DNA of 64,000 bases from Candidatus Wolfebacteria bacterium RIFCSPLOWO2_01_FULL_45_19 (GTDB taxonomy: Bacteria; Patescibacteriota; Minisyncoccia; UBA6257; GWB1-45-9), in contig MGIR01000001.1 in the NCBI GenBank assembly GCA_001793855.1, forward strand, positions 8,645 through 72,644, in the 5' to 3' direction. A model generated the notes under the pieces. The model was not told where the DNA came from, made no database searches, and was given only the letters and a program-made list of their open reading frames with translations. The translations under genes and the position numbers were made by a program. Positions 27,168 through 36,574 of this stretch are shown here, piece after piece (the stretch's first letter is position 1; every line of letters begins with the position of its first letter).

Positions 27168-28375
27168 ATACTACCAATAAGTTGATAGATCGGAACTATT
27201 ATTGAAAGCGCTATTGTTCCTATTATAACTCCGAGAACGAGAAGCATTGCCGGTTCAAGGAACGACACAAGTGTTTTTATTGAATTGTCTATTTCCGATT
27301 CGTAAAACTTTGAAAGCGTGTCCAGGATGTCTTCCAAATGCCCGGCTTTTTCCGAAATCGCGACAAGATTGACGACAACTTTCGGAAAAACCTGCTCCCG
27401 TCTGAACGCATCGCCGACGGTCATCCCCTTAACGAGGCCCTCGCGCGAAACGCGCATAAGCGCCTCTTTCAATTCCTCCCAACCGACGGCCCGCGAAGTA
27501 ATTTCAAGCGAATCGGTTATATGCAAACCGGCGCGCATAAGAGACGAGAACGTGGAAGTAAATCTCTGCAAAGACGTTTTGCGTAAAACTTCGCCGAGAT
27601 ACGGAACGCGAAACGCGAAACGCTGAAGGACGCGCCTCGCGTTTATGTTTTTTGAAAGCACGTACCAGCCGCCGAAGGCCGCGCTCGCAAGCAAAATAAG
27701 AACATAAATAATATTATTACTGATAAAAAGCCCGACACCGAACACCACTCTGGAGAAAAGCGGCGGCTCAAATCCTCCGGTCATAAAAACTTCGGCTATT
27801 TTCGGCAAAGCGAAAGTAACCAAAAGAAGAAGAATGATGAAAGACGCGGCGAGAAGCACAACGGGATAAATGAGCGCGGAACGGATACGGCCTCGCAGTT
27901 CCTGTTCTCGCTCCAAAGAAACCGACAGGTCCTCAAGAACTTTGTCCAGAGTTCCGGATTTCTCGCCGGCGCGAATAAGATTGACAAACGCGGACGAAAA
28001 AAATTTCGGATATTGCGCGAAAGTGGTGTAAAACGGATTTCCTTTTTCAAGATTTGAGCGTATCTGAAGCAGAAGGGCTTTGATGGTCGGTTTTTCAAAA
28101 TCGTTTATAAGAATGTCTATTGCTTTGAAAAGGTCAGTTCCGGCCCTAAGCATCAGCGCGAGATATTTCGTCAAAAACAACTGATCAAGCGTGGTAAACG
28201 TGGGACCAAAAAGGCGGGCGCGAACCCCACCGCCAAAACCTTTGGCGATTTTTATAGAAATAGGGCGCAGGCCTTGCGCGCCAAGCTTCGCGAGCAATTC
28301 GTCGGTGTTCCCGGCTTCCATGCTATCTTCAACTATTTTTCCTTCCGCGTTAGACGCGACGTAATGGAATAACAT
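27164..28375 (-). CDS. pilC: Type IV pilus inner-membrane platform protein (PilC/GspF)
   Basis: AGEKSGTL, ALIYP, EKAGHL, LEP. Confidence 0.92.
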   Translation of the reverse strand: MLFHYVASNAEGKIVEDSMEAGNTDELLAKLGAQGLRPISIKIAKGFGGGVRARLFGPTFTTLDQLFLTKYLALMLRAGTDLFKAIDILINDFEKPTIKALLLQIRSNLEKGNPFYTTFAQYPKFFSSAFVNLIRAGEKSGTLDKVLEDLSVSLEREQELRGRIRSALIYPVVLLAASFIILLLLVTFALPKIAEVFMTGGFEPPLFSRVVFGVGLFISNNIIYVLILLASAAFGGWYVLSKNINARRVLQRFAFRVPYLGEVLRKTSLQRFTSTFSSLMRAGLHITDSLEITSRAVGWEELKEALMRVSREGLVKGMTVGDAFRREQVFPKVVVNLVAISEKAGHLEDILDTLSKFYESEIDNSIKTLVSFLEPAMLLVLGVIIGTIALSIIVPIYQLIGSI

Positions 28376-28379
28376 AATT

Positions 28380-30089
28380 CTACTCCCTAATTACCCGAAG
28401 CACTTCTTCAAGCGTAGTCATGCCTTTTTCCGCTTTACGGAGACCATCTTCAAACATTGAAATCATTCCTTCTTTCCTCGCCAAGTTCTTAAGCGCGCCA
28501 AGAGAAAAGTCGGACGACACTATTAATTTTCGCACGTTTTCGGTAACATTCAAAACTTCAAAAATACCCATTCTGCCGCGATAGCCGGTGTTATTACAAC
28601 TGCGGCAGCCCTTGGCTTTGAACACAAGCTTAGGCGGTTTGAATTCACGGCTTATTCCGAGTTCCTCCCATTGTTTTTTAACCGCTTCAACGACATCCGA
28701 CGATGGTTTTTGCGACTGGATGCAATACGTACAAACGCGGCGCAACAAGCGTTGAGCCAGCACGGCGTTTATCACTGCCGCGACAAGAAAGGCGGGAATT
28801 TTCATATCGGTAAGACGAGGCACCGCGGTTGAGGCGTCATTGGTATGCAAAGAAGAAAGAACGAGGTGGCCGGTCAGCGCGGAGTGCACGGATATTTCAG
28901 CGGTTTCTTCGTCGCGGATTTCTCCGACCATTATTACGTTCGGGTCCTGACGGAGAATGGCGCGAAGTCCGTTCGCAAAAGTGATTCCGGCCTGCGGATT
29001 AATCTGCGTCTGATTGACATACTGAATATCGTATTCTATCGGGTCTTCAATGGTAACGATGTTGACTTCCGGACGGTTTAAAATGTTGAGAATGGAATAA
29101 AGCGTCGTGGTTTTTCCGGAACCGGTCGGGCCGGTAACCAACACTATACCGTAGGTCTTCTGTGTATTTTCTTTAATGGTTTTAACTGTATCTTCTTCCA
29201 TTCCCAATTCTTCAAAAGAAAGCGGTCGCTGAGCCGCGGTCAAAAGACGCATTTCAATTTTTTCCCCGTAAAAAACCGGCATAATCGCGACTCGGACGTC
29301 AACAATTTCTTTTTCTATTTTGTAACGAAATCTTCCGTCTTGCGGACGGCTGTGCTCGTCAAGTTTCAAACCGCTCACGAGCTTTATTCGCGCCGCCATG
29401 GCGTCGCTTATTTCTTTCGGCAGTTTGAGAATTTCATGAAGAATGCCGTCAACGCGGTACCGAATTAAAATAATATCTTCCAGCGCTTCAATATGGATGT
29501 CGGAGGCGCGAAGAGAAAGGGCGTATTTAAGAATATTGTCAACCAGCGCGACAATCGGAACGTCTTTCGCGGCTTCTTCCACGCCCGCGGCGCGCGAACG
29601 AAACGCCTGTCGCACATTTTCTTCCATTATTTTCTGGAAATCTCCGGAGAGTTCTTTGCCGTAAAAAGCATACGCCTTGTTGAGGTCGTCGTCGCTCGCG
29701 AGAAACGGGCGGACTTTGGCGTTGAATCTCCGTTCTATGAGTTCAACTGTTTCAAGATTGCCCGGGTCCTCCATCGCCACATCAAGCGTCCCGTCGGTTT
29801 CGCGGCCGAAAATCACGACGCGCCTCTGGCGCGCAACGTTTTCCGGAAGCATTCTCACTAAATTGTCGTCAAGCTGAATCTCCACGAAATTGGCTTTCCG
29901 GACTCCAAGATATTCGGCTACAATCTCGGCGAGGTAAGTTTGAGTAATTATATTTTTCGAAAGAAGAACGTCGTTTGTTGAGGTGCCGAGGCGCTCGGCT
30001 TCTTCTCTGGCCTGCTCAAAGGCTTCTGCCGTAATAAGACCGGCGTCAGTAAGAATCTGCTTTAACTTATCCGAAGGAATTTGAAGCAT
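28380..30089 (-). CDS. pilB: Type IV pilus assembly ATPase (PilB/GspE)
   Basis: ASDIHIE, GPTGSGKTT, EDPIEY, LRQDPN.IMVGEIRD, Cys4 motif. Confidence 0.95.
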   Translation of the reverse strand: MLQIPSDKLKQILTDAGLITAEAFEQAREEAERLGTSTNDVLLSKNIITQTYLAEIVAEYLGVRKANFVEIQLDDNLVRMLPENVARQRRVVIFGRETDGTLDVAMEDPGNLETVELIERRFNAKVRPFLASDDDLNKAYAFYGKELSGDFQKIMEENVRQAFRSRAAGVEEAAKDVPIVALVDNILKYALSLRASDIHIEALEDIILIRYRVDGILHEILKLPKEISDAMAARIKLVSGLKLDEHSRPQDGRFRYKIEKEIVDVRVAIMPVFYGEKIEMRLLTAAQRPLSFEELGMEEDTVKTIKENTQKTYGIVLVTGPTGSGKTTTLYSILNILNRPEVNIVTIEDPIEYDIQYVNQTQINPQAGITFANGLRAILRQDPNVIMVGEIRDEETAEISVHSALTGHLVLSSLHTNDASTAVPRLTDMKIPAFLVAAVINAVLAQRLLRRVCTYCIQSQKPSSDVVEAVKKQWEELGISREFKPPKLVFKAKGCRSCNNTGYRGRMGIFEVLNVTENVRKLIVSSDFSLGALKNLARKEGMISMFEDGLRKAEKGMTTLEEVLRVIRE

Positions 30090-30096
30090 AGTTGTA

Positions 30097-30165
30097 ATTT
30101 TGAATTTCTAATTTCAGTCATTTAAAATTGGTTCGAAATTCAAAATTCAAAATTGAAAATTAAAA
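30097..30165. repeat. Inverted heptamer array (AAAATTC type) overlapping the upstream stop
   Basis: ATTTTGA ATTTCTA ATTTCAG ... GAAATTC AAAATTC AAAATTG AAAATTA. Confidence 0.8.
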
Positions 30166-30707
30166 CCGAGCCCACTGAATATTATAACAGAGATGGATAT
30201 TGGTAGCCAAAGCCAATATAACGGAATACGCTTTTGTTGTTTATGAATAATGAATAATGAAGTATGAATTATGAGATATATGGACAAGACAGCGGCGAGC
30301 GCATACATCCATCCCGGGTGTCCCGCGAGAAAAAGCGCCCCAGCGGCGATGTACGGCTCTTCCTTTTCAAAAAAGCGGTCTTGGAATTTGCGGTTTAAAA
30401 ATTTCGCGCCGAGCAAAACAAAAAGCGCCGCGAAAAACGCCAAAAACGGCTGGATTAGAAAATTCGTGAAACTGTACAGCGCGAAATAACTGAAGCCGCG
30501 ATACGGCGGAACGAGATAGCTTGCAGGAGGGCCGCCGCCATGCCAAGCAAGAAACTGTTCCCGCATCCAATATGCCTGGATTGCGAAAATTACAATGACA
30601 GACAACCAAAACAGCGTTCTAAAAATTCGCGACTTATGCTCAAAAAAGAAGCGCAGTAGAATCTGCGCTCCCAAAAAAACAACCGCGGCGACTAAGCCAA
30701 CGGTCAT
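30147..30707 (-). CDS. Hypothetical membrane protein in the pilus locus
   Basis: Multiple TM segments; translationally coupled to the pilin. Confidence 0.7.
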   Translation of the reverse strand: MTVGLVAAVVFLGAQILLRFFFEHKSRIFRTLFWLSVIVIFAIQAYWMREQFLAWHGGGPPASYLVPPYRGFSYFALYSFTNFLIQPFLAFFAALFVLLGAKFLNRKFQDRFFEKEEPYIAAGALFLAGHPGWMYALAAVLSIYLIIHTSLFIIHKQQKRIPLYWLWLPISISVIIFSGLGFNFQF

Positions 30708-31279
30708 ATGGTCAACTTGTTGCCGACTTCGTAAATGGTGGCATTGTTTCCTCCGTCCGTGCCTTCTCTGTCGTCAGTTCCGCTGGACGCGTAGCGTTCG
30801 CTTTCAAGATTCGCGGTCAGTTCGTACTTCAAAGTATCATGGCCATAAGCATAAAAGTAGGTGGCGTCATTAACCGGGTCAAGCGGCAAACCCACCAACG
30901 GCGAGCCGCCGGGTATGGACCCGAAATTAACCCTCACCCATCCGGTGGCGTCAGTCGCGCGCGCAATTGCTACCGTGGTTGTGGCTGTGGCTGTTATTCC
31001 GGCTGAATATCTGGTCGAGCCACTGCAAGTCACAACTGCCTGATCGCCGCCGACAACACATGTAGTCGTGGCTAAACCGTTCTGAAAATCAGGGCTAGAC
31101 ACGGTTGCTAGATACAATCCAAGAGCCGAGTGAACTGTTCCCAGATCGGAAACGCGCTGTGAATCGCGCGCCTGCCTTAAAAGTTCCGCCGGGTTAATAA
31201 CCAAAACCGCGACCGTAGATAAAATTGCCAGAAGGCCGATAACGATAAGGAGCTCTATTAATGTAAAACCTTTTTTCAT
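30704..31279 (-). CDS. Type IV pilin (probably major)
   Basis: MKKG/FTLIELL, ARDSQRVSDL, LPLDP. Confidence 0.9.
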   Translation of the reverse strand: MKKGFTLIELLIVIGLLAILSTVAVLVINPAELLRQARDSQRVSDLGTVHSALGLYLATVSSPDFQNGLATTTCVVGGDQAVVTCSGSTRYSAGITATATTTVAIARATDATGWVRVNFGSIPGGSPLVGLPLDPVNDATYFYAYGHDTLKYELTANLESERYASSGTDDREGTDGGNNATIYEVGNKLTI

Positions 31280-31340
31280 AAAATTAATTATATCATACTC
31301 CCCACCCCACCCCGCAAGACGCGAAACTGTGGATAACTTT

Positions 31341-31712
31341 TTACTTCATATAATCTTTGATTCTGACAACAAGCTCGTCTATGGAGGTTTTCGCTTTGAC
31401 GAAATACTCAATCGCGCCCAATTCCTTGCCGGTCTGAATGTCGGATTCTTGTCCAAGGTTTGAAATTATAACAATCTGGCTTTGGCTTAACTGCGGGTCA
31501 CTGCGAATCGCTTCAAGAACTTCAAATCCGGATTTTTTGGGCAAAATTATATCAAGCAGGACGAGGTCGGGTTTTTGGTCGCGCAAAAACTTCAGCGCTT
31601 CTTCGCCGTCAGGAGCGTGAATCACGGTGAAGTTTTCTTTTTGCAAACGCGTCTTCAAAAGAGACGACAAGAACACGTCGTCTTCCACAAGCAAGATGGT
31701 TTTCCCATTCAT
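31341..31712 (-). CDS. Single-domain response regulator receiver
   Basis: LLVEDD, LLDIILP, SN, VK. Confidence 0.92.
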   Translation of the reverse strand: MNGKTILLVEDDVFLSSLLKTRLQKENFTVIHAPDGEEALKFLRDQKPDLVLLDIILPKKSGFEVLEAIRSDPQLSQSQIVIISNLGQESDIQTGKELGAIEYFVKAKTSIDELVVRIKDYMK

Positions 31713-31994
31713 GATTTATATTATAGCAAAACTTTTCTCGTTGTCCCAAGAGTCGAGACTTGATGGCTCATCGACTAATACCATCCCGCCGAAGCGGGGT
31801 CGACACTAGTTTTCATTATTGAAAACTAAGTTTAATTAATCCACGCACAGCTTCCGCTACGCGTGCCTTGTTACGACTTCGTCCGTGTCACCGAACTTAC
31901 CCTAACCCCGCAAAACGGAGTTTTAGGTATTCCCGGCTTCCTTGACGTGACGGGCGGTGAGTACAGGACTCGAGAACGTATTCACCGCGGCATA

Positions 31995-32029
<35 letters not shown>

Positions 32030-32185
32030 AGGGCGAGTTGCAGCCCTCAATCCGAACTTGGGCCGGTTTTAAGGGATTAGCTCCACCTTACGGTTTGGCA
32101 ACCCTTTGTACCGGTCATTGTAGCACGAGTGTAGCCCAGGGCATCAGAGGGCCATGCGGATTTGACGTCGTCCCCTCCTTCCTCC

Positions 32186-32367
32186 CAGCACTTTGTTCGC
32201 AAACGAACAAAGCAATTTCTAAACTCTAATATCTAAATCCTAAACAAATTTTAAAAATCAAATCTCAAATTCGAAACGTTTGGAACATTTGAATTTGGAA
32301 TTTTGAGATTGTTTAGAGATTAGGATTTCGAATTTAGGATTTCTTTGCGCTTGTGCGCAAAGTGCTG
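32186..32367 (-). repeat. 16S insertion in helix 40 region: short hairpin + inverted heptamer array + short hairpin
   Basis: Lies between AAACTGCC and GGAGGAAGG; AAATCCT AAATTCG AAATCCT ... TTAGGAT TTAGATA TTAGAGT TTAGAAA. Confidence 0.85.
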
Positions 32368-32725
32368 GGCAGTTTTGCCTGACACGTATAACAGACAATA
32401 GGGGTTGCGCTCGTTTCCCCACTTAAGGGAACGTCTCACGATACGAGCTGACGACAACCATGCAGCACCTGTCCTGACGTCCTTGAGAGACAACACGCCT
32501 TTCAGCATGTCTTCGTCAAGATTTCTAGCCCTGGTAAGGTTCCTCGTTTAGTATCGAATTAAACCTCATGCTCCACCGCTTGTGCGAGTCCCCGTCTATT
32601 CCTTTGAGTTTTAAGCTTGCGCTCGTACTTCCCAGGCGGCCTGCTTAACGCGTTAGCTTCGCCACTCCGAGGGTCGATACTCGAAACAGCCAGCAGGCAT
32701 CGTTTAGGGCGTGGACTACAAGGGT

Positions 32726-33856
32726 TGAATTTGTTACTTCGCGACAATAGTATTATTGTCACGCGAGCCGAACATTTCTGTCGGCTTCTCTATGTTGCCA
32801 TAGAGTCCGGACTATATCTTTATCTGAAAGCCGTCCATCGAGCCAGTTTCTTCTCGTATTCGGATAAAATAACCGAACGAGGAAAGCGGCTCAAACTTAC
32901 AACCTCAGATATCCAGCGTTCTTGAAATTGAGAATCTTTATAGAGAAGTATTGCTTTGCGCAACATGTCCGGCGTTGGTATATGCGGCAGAATGATGCGA
33001 AGAAACTTTTTTAATTCCTCCTGCGATCTGATCCATATCCGCCAATATTGCCGCCGCTCTCCTTTATAGATACGGGATATGGGAGATACGATATTTTTTA
33101 TATCCCATACTACTTTAAGGTAGCGAGATAGTATTTTGACAGATTCTTTGTCAAAGCCATCGGTACAAAATACTCCCTTTCTTCCTCCGTAACTAATAAG
33201 TGAGCCATCATCACACCACCATACGGCGAGCGATAACGGGGTCATTCGGTTCAGCCAAGTGCGTCTAATGCGCAATCGGTTATTTTTATACGTTAAGCGA
33301 TGCAATTCAGTTAACGCTGGCAGATTTCTGCTTATAAACCGCCACTTGCTGTTTACGCTGAAACCGTCGGCCCTTTGGACACTAATACTTTTCTCTCGCG
33401 CTATCTCTTGAAGCATATCTGCTTTCCATAAGAGATAATCTTTTTGTGTTTCCGAATGACGAATTTGTAAATTCGCATTGGCACATTTTTTTTGAATCTT
33501 CAACGAACCGTCTCCTAGGATTGTTCCTAAAATAACGGCTCGCGCTTGATCCGACAAAGGCACATACTTTTTATCATTTTGCATATTATTATTTTATACG
33601 CTCATGACATAATGCGCCAACTATCTTAACTCAATTTCATAGTCTCTACGGGGTCAAACAAAATGAAATTTGAACTTTCAATTTTGCATTCTGTCGACTT
33701 CCCTCGGGATTGTCCGTCCGACAGGACGGAGTTCCCCGATACAGCTAGATGCTCACCCCGACGTCGCCGTCGAGGGGGACACCTTTGACAACCCCGATTT
33801 ACATCGGGGCTCTTTGTTTCTACGGGCAAAAGGAAAACCCTCCACAAAGATTTCGT
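32726..33856 (-). mobile_element. Group I intron at about position 793 (E. coli numbering) of 16S
   Basis: Splits GGATTAGAT/ACCC; AATCCCGAGGGAAG (Q), GTAGAGACTA (R), AAGATATAGTCC (S). Confidence 0.85.
32820..33584 (-). CDS. Intron-encoded double-motif LAGLIDADG homing endonuclease
   Basis: ILGTILGDGSL and LAVWWCDDGS motifs; lies between R and S elements. Confidence 0.92.
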   Translation of the reverse strand: MQNDKKYVPLSDQARAVILGTILGDGSLKIQKKCANANLQIRHSETQKDYLLWKADMLQEIAREKSISVQRADGFSVNSKWRFISRNLPALTELHRLTYKNNRLRIRRTWLNRMTPLSLAVWWCDDGSLISYGGRKGVFCTDGFDKESVKILSRYLKVVWDIKNIVSPISRIYKGERRQYWRIWIRSQEELKKFLRIILPHIPTPDMLRKAILLYKDSQFQERWISEVVSLSRFPRSVILSEYEKKLARWTAFR

Positions 33857-34170
33857 ATCTAATCCTTTTTGCTCCCCACGCTTTCGTGTCTCAGAGTCAG
33901 GAACGTCCCAGCCAGCTGCCTTCGCCTTTGGTGTTCCGCACGATATCAACGGATTTCACCCCTACACCGTGCGTTCCACTGGCCTCTGACGTCCTCTAGT
34001 TCGGCCGTATCTCTTGCAGCCTCAGGGTTGAGCCCCGAGATTTAACAAAAGACGCACCGAACATCCTACACACGCTTTACGCCCAATAAATCCGGATAAC
34101 GCTTGAGGTCTACGTTTTACCGCTGGTGCTGGCACGTAGTTACCCACCTCTTTCCACAGGGTACCGTCAA

Positions 34171-34281
34171 CCTCGCGCGTAGCGCGAGAACCGAAAAACA
34201 CATGAACGTAAAAACGTAAGAACAAGTTGTTCTTTGGTTTATAGGTTCTTTAGTTTTTTAGTTCTTGTGCTACGCACAAGG
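34171..34281 (-). repeat. 16S V3 insertion: hairpin + inverted octamer array + hairpin
   Basis: CTTGTGC-GTA-GCACAAG, AAGAACnn / GTTCTTnn arms, CTCGCGC-TAC-GCGCGAG. Confidence 0.85.
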
Positions 34282-34457
34282 CTTCTTCCCCTGCTATCGC
34301 GGTTTACGACCCGAAGGCCTTCTTCCCGCACGCGGCGTCGCTCGATCAGGCTTTCGCCCATTGTCGAATATTCTCGACTGCTGCCTCCCGTAGGAGTATG
34401 CACCGTGTCTCAGTTGCATCGTCGGGGAACAGGCTCTCACCCCCCCTACCGGTCATA

Positions 34458-34492
<35 letters not shown>

Positions 34493-34637
34493 CAGACCTA
34501 AGCCACTCCTGAAGCGATTTGCATCTTTACTCCGACACCCTTGCGGGGTCGGAGATTATTTGGAATTACCTCGTCTTTCGACGAGCTATGCCAAACTTCA
34601 GGGTATGTACTAAGGCGTTACTGACTCGTTCGCCACT

Positions 34638-34750
34638 GCCTCGCGCCTTGCGCGAGAACAAAAAAACGAAAGAACAAAAGAACTTAAGAACAAAAAGTTC
34701 TTGGGTTCATAAGTTCATGGGTTTTTTAGTCCTTGTGCAAAACACAAGGC
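34638..34750 (-). repeat. 16S V1 insertion: hairpin + inverted octamer array + hairpin
   Basis: CCTTGTG-TTTTG-CACAAGG, octamer arms, CTCGCGC-AAG-GCGCGAG. Confidence 0.85.
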
Positions 34751-34817
34751 CGTTCGACTTGCATGCCTTATCCACGCCGCCAGCGTTCATCCTGGACCAG
34801 GATCAAATCCTCAATAA

Positions 34818-34892
34818 GAGCTTTCAGCTTTTAGCTTATAGCTTATAGAAGGTAACCCCCCTAACAGCTAACAGCTATCAGCTAACAGCTCG
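34818..34892. repeat. Inverted heptamer array (TAGCTnn / nnAGCTA) in the 16S leader
   Basis: GAGCTTT CAGCTTT TAGCTTA TAGCTTA TAG ... CTAACAG CTAACAG CTATCAG CTAACAG CTC. Confidence 0.85.
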
Positions 34893-35110
34893 AAATACTT
34901 GGGACAACAAGAAAAATTTTGCTTGTTTTACTTAATTTGGACTCTTTTTTATTTTCCTTTTTTATTTTTAAAACAACGGTCAAATCTCTCTGGATTCAAT
35001 AAAACATCCACCGCTAACCCGTCTGCGACGGACTAGCGGTGGACGTCTTCAAATTAAATTATAGAATTGATTTTAAAATGTTAATCGTCCCATCCTTCAA
35101 TCATGTTTCC

Positions 35111-35138
35111 AGTATAACCGCAGCAAAAAACTTGTCAA
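35111..35138 (-). promoter_or_regulatory. 16S rRNA promoter
   Basis: TTGACA-N16-TATACT on the minus strand. Confidence 0.7.
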
Positions 35139-35296
35139 GTGATGATTTTAATTGGAAGAATTAAACGCTGTGGATAACTCACTTACATACTCAACGATCG
35201 TTAAGTATGTAAGTAAATTGTTATACTTGCCCCCCATATCTATGCATAGATGTGGGGGCTTGCTTTCAAAAATGGTTTATTATAATATGTGAAACT

Positions 35297-35554
35297 ATGA
35301 AGCCCGATATACATCCGAAATATTATGAAAAAGCCAATGTTCGTTGCGCTTGTGGAAATGAACTCACGGTTGGCTCCGCCAAGCAGGAGTTAAAAGTGGA
35401 AATATGCTCAAAGTGTCACCCATTTTATACAGGACAGGAAAAACTGATTGACACGGCCGGACGCGTGGAGAAATTCAAATCGCGCAAAGCAAGAGCGGAA
35501 GCCGCGCCCAAAAAAGAAAAAAGACCGCGCGCCAAAAAACAAAAGATGTCCTAA
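35297..35554 (+). CDS. rpmE: 50S ribosomal protein L31
   Basis: [29 protein letters not shown]; start at 35297. Confidence 0.96.
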   Translation: MKPDIHPKYYEKANVRCACGNELTVGSAKQELKVEICSKCHPFYTGQEKLIDTAGRVEKFKSRKARAEAAPKKEKRPRAKKQKMS

Positions 35555-35557
35555 GCG

Positions 35558-36274
35558 ATGGTTCAAAAAGTAATTCTTGAAATTCGCGCCGGGGCCGGTG
35601 GAGACGAAGCCGGCATTTTCGCCGGCGACCTCGCGCGCATGTACCAAAAATATGCCGCTCAAAAGGGATGGAGATTTTCTATTATTGATTTTAATCAAAA
35701 CGATTTAGGTGGATATAAAAATTTGTCGGCTGAAGTAGCCGGCGAGAATGTTTATGAGATTTTGAAATATGAGATTGGCGTACACCGCGTTCAACGAATA
35801 CCAAAAACCGAAAAGGGCGGACGCGTGCACACTTCAACCGCCTCGGTCGCGGTTTTGCCGGAAGTGGAAGCAAAAGAAGTAAACTTAAATCTAGGCGATT
35901 TGGAAATAACTTTTTCACGCGGAGGCGGACCGGGCGGACAAAACGTAAACAAGGTTGAAACTGCGGTAAGAGTACTCCACAAACCGACTGGCATCGTCGT
36001 CGCCTCGCGCTCCGAACGTTCCCAGCATGCCAACCGCGAGAAAGCGATGGAGATACTTCGCGCCAAACTTTACGAAGAACAGCGGCGCCAGGCAGTTGGC
36101 TCAATTACCGAACTCCGCCGCGAGCAAATCGGCTCCGCGGAGCGTTCAGAAAAAATACGCACCTATAATTTTCCGGAAGACCGAATCACCGACCACAGAA
36201 TCGGAAAAAAATTCCATAACATAGAAAAGATTCTTGACGGCAACTTGGACCCTATCGTGAAAGCGTTCAGCTAA
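35558..36274 (+). CDS. prfA: Peptide chain release factor 1 lacking the N-terminal domain
   Basis: [27 protein letters not shown]. Confidence 0.92.
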   Translation: MVQKVILEIRAGAGGDEAGIFAGDLARMYQKYAAQKGWRFSIIDFNQNDLGGYKNLSAEVAGENVYEILKYEIGVHRVQRIPKTEKGGRVHTSTASVAVLPEVEAKEVNLNLGDLEITFSRGGGPGGQNVNKVETAVRVLHKPTGIVVASRSERSQHANREKAMEILRAKLYEEQRRQAVGSITELRREQIGSAERSEKIRTYNFPEDRITDHRIGKKFHNIEKILDGNLDPIVKAFS

Positions 36275-36289
36275 ATTTTTCGCGTGACG

Positions 36290-36525
36290 CGCCGCCCGTA
36301 TTCCTACCTGAACCGAACCGGTAAGTTTTTCGCGGGTCCTGCCGCCAGTTTTTCTCGCAGACACGCTATCAAATTCCCCAGCGAGGAATTTGCGCTCGCT
36401 CTCGGCCTCGCTCCTCCGACTGCGAGTCGGAGACCATGCCCGCTCGGCCTGCGAGACGGTCTGCTCGCAATAACTGGCGTCACCCGCGAAAACCTACATT
36501 GGTTCCCCAAGAAATACAGGCGGCG
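36290..36525. repeat. Nested inverted-repeat element / structured RNA
   Basis: GCCGCC/GGCGGC, TTTTCGCGGG/CCCGCGAAAA, GCCAGTT/AACTGGC, CTCGCAG/CTGCGAG plus internal hairpins. Confidence 0.7.
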
Positions 36526-36574
36526 TATAAAAAACCTTGTTAAAATCATTTTTTCGCGTTATTATATGGGAACT

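Noticed and set aside
36284-36574. 97-aa N-terminal extension of IF2 in the ORF track
   Set aside because: It translates a palindromic GC-rich element and has no IF2-like character; ATG at 36566 or 36575 fits better
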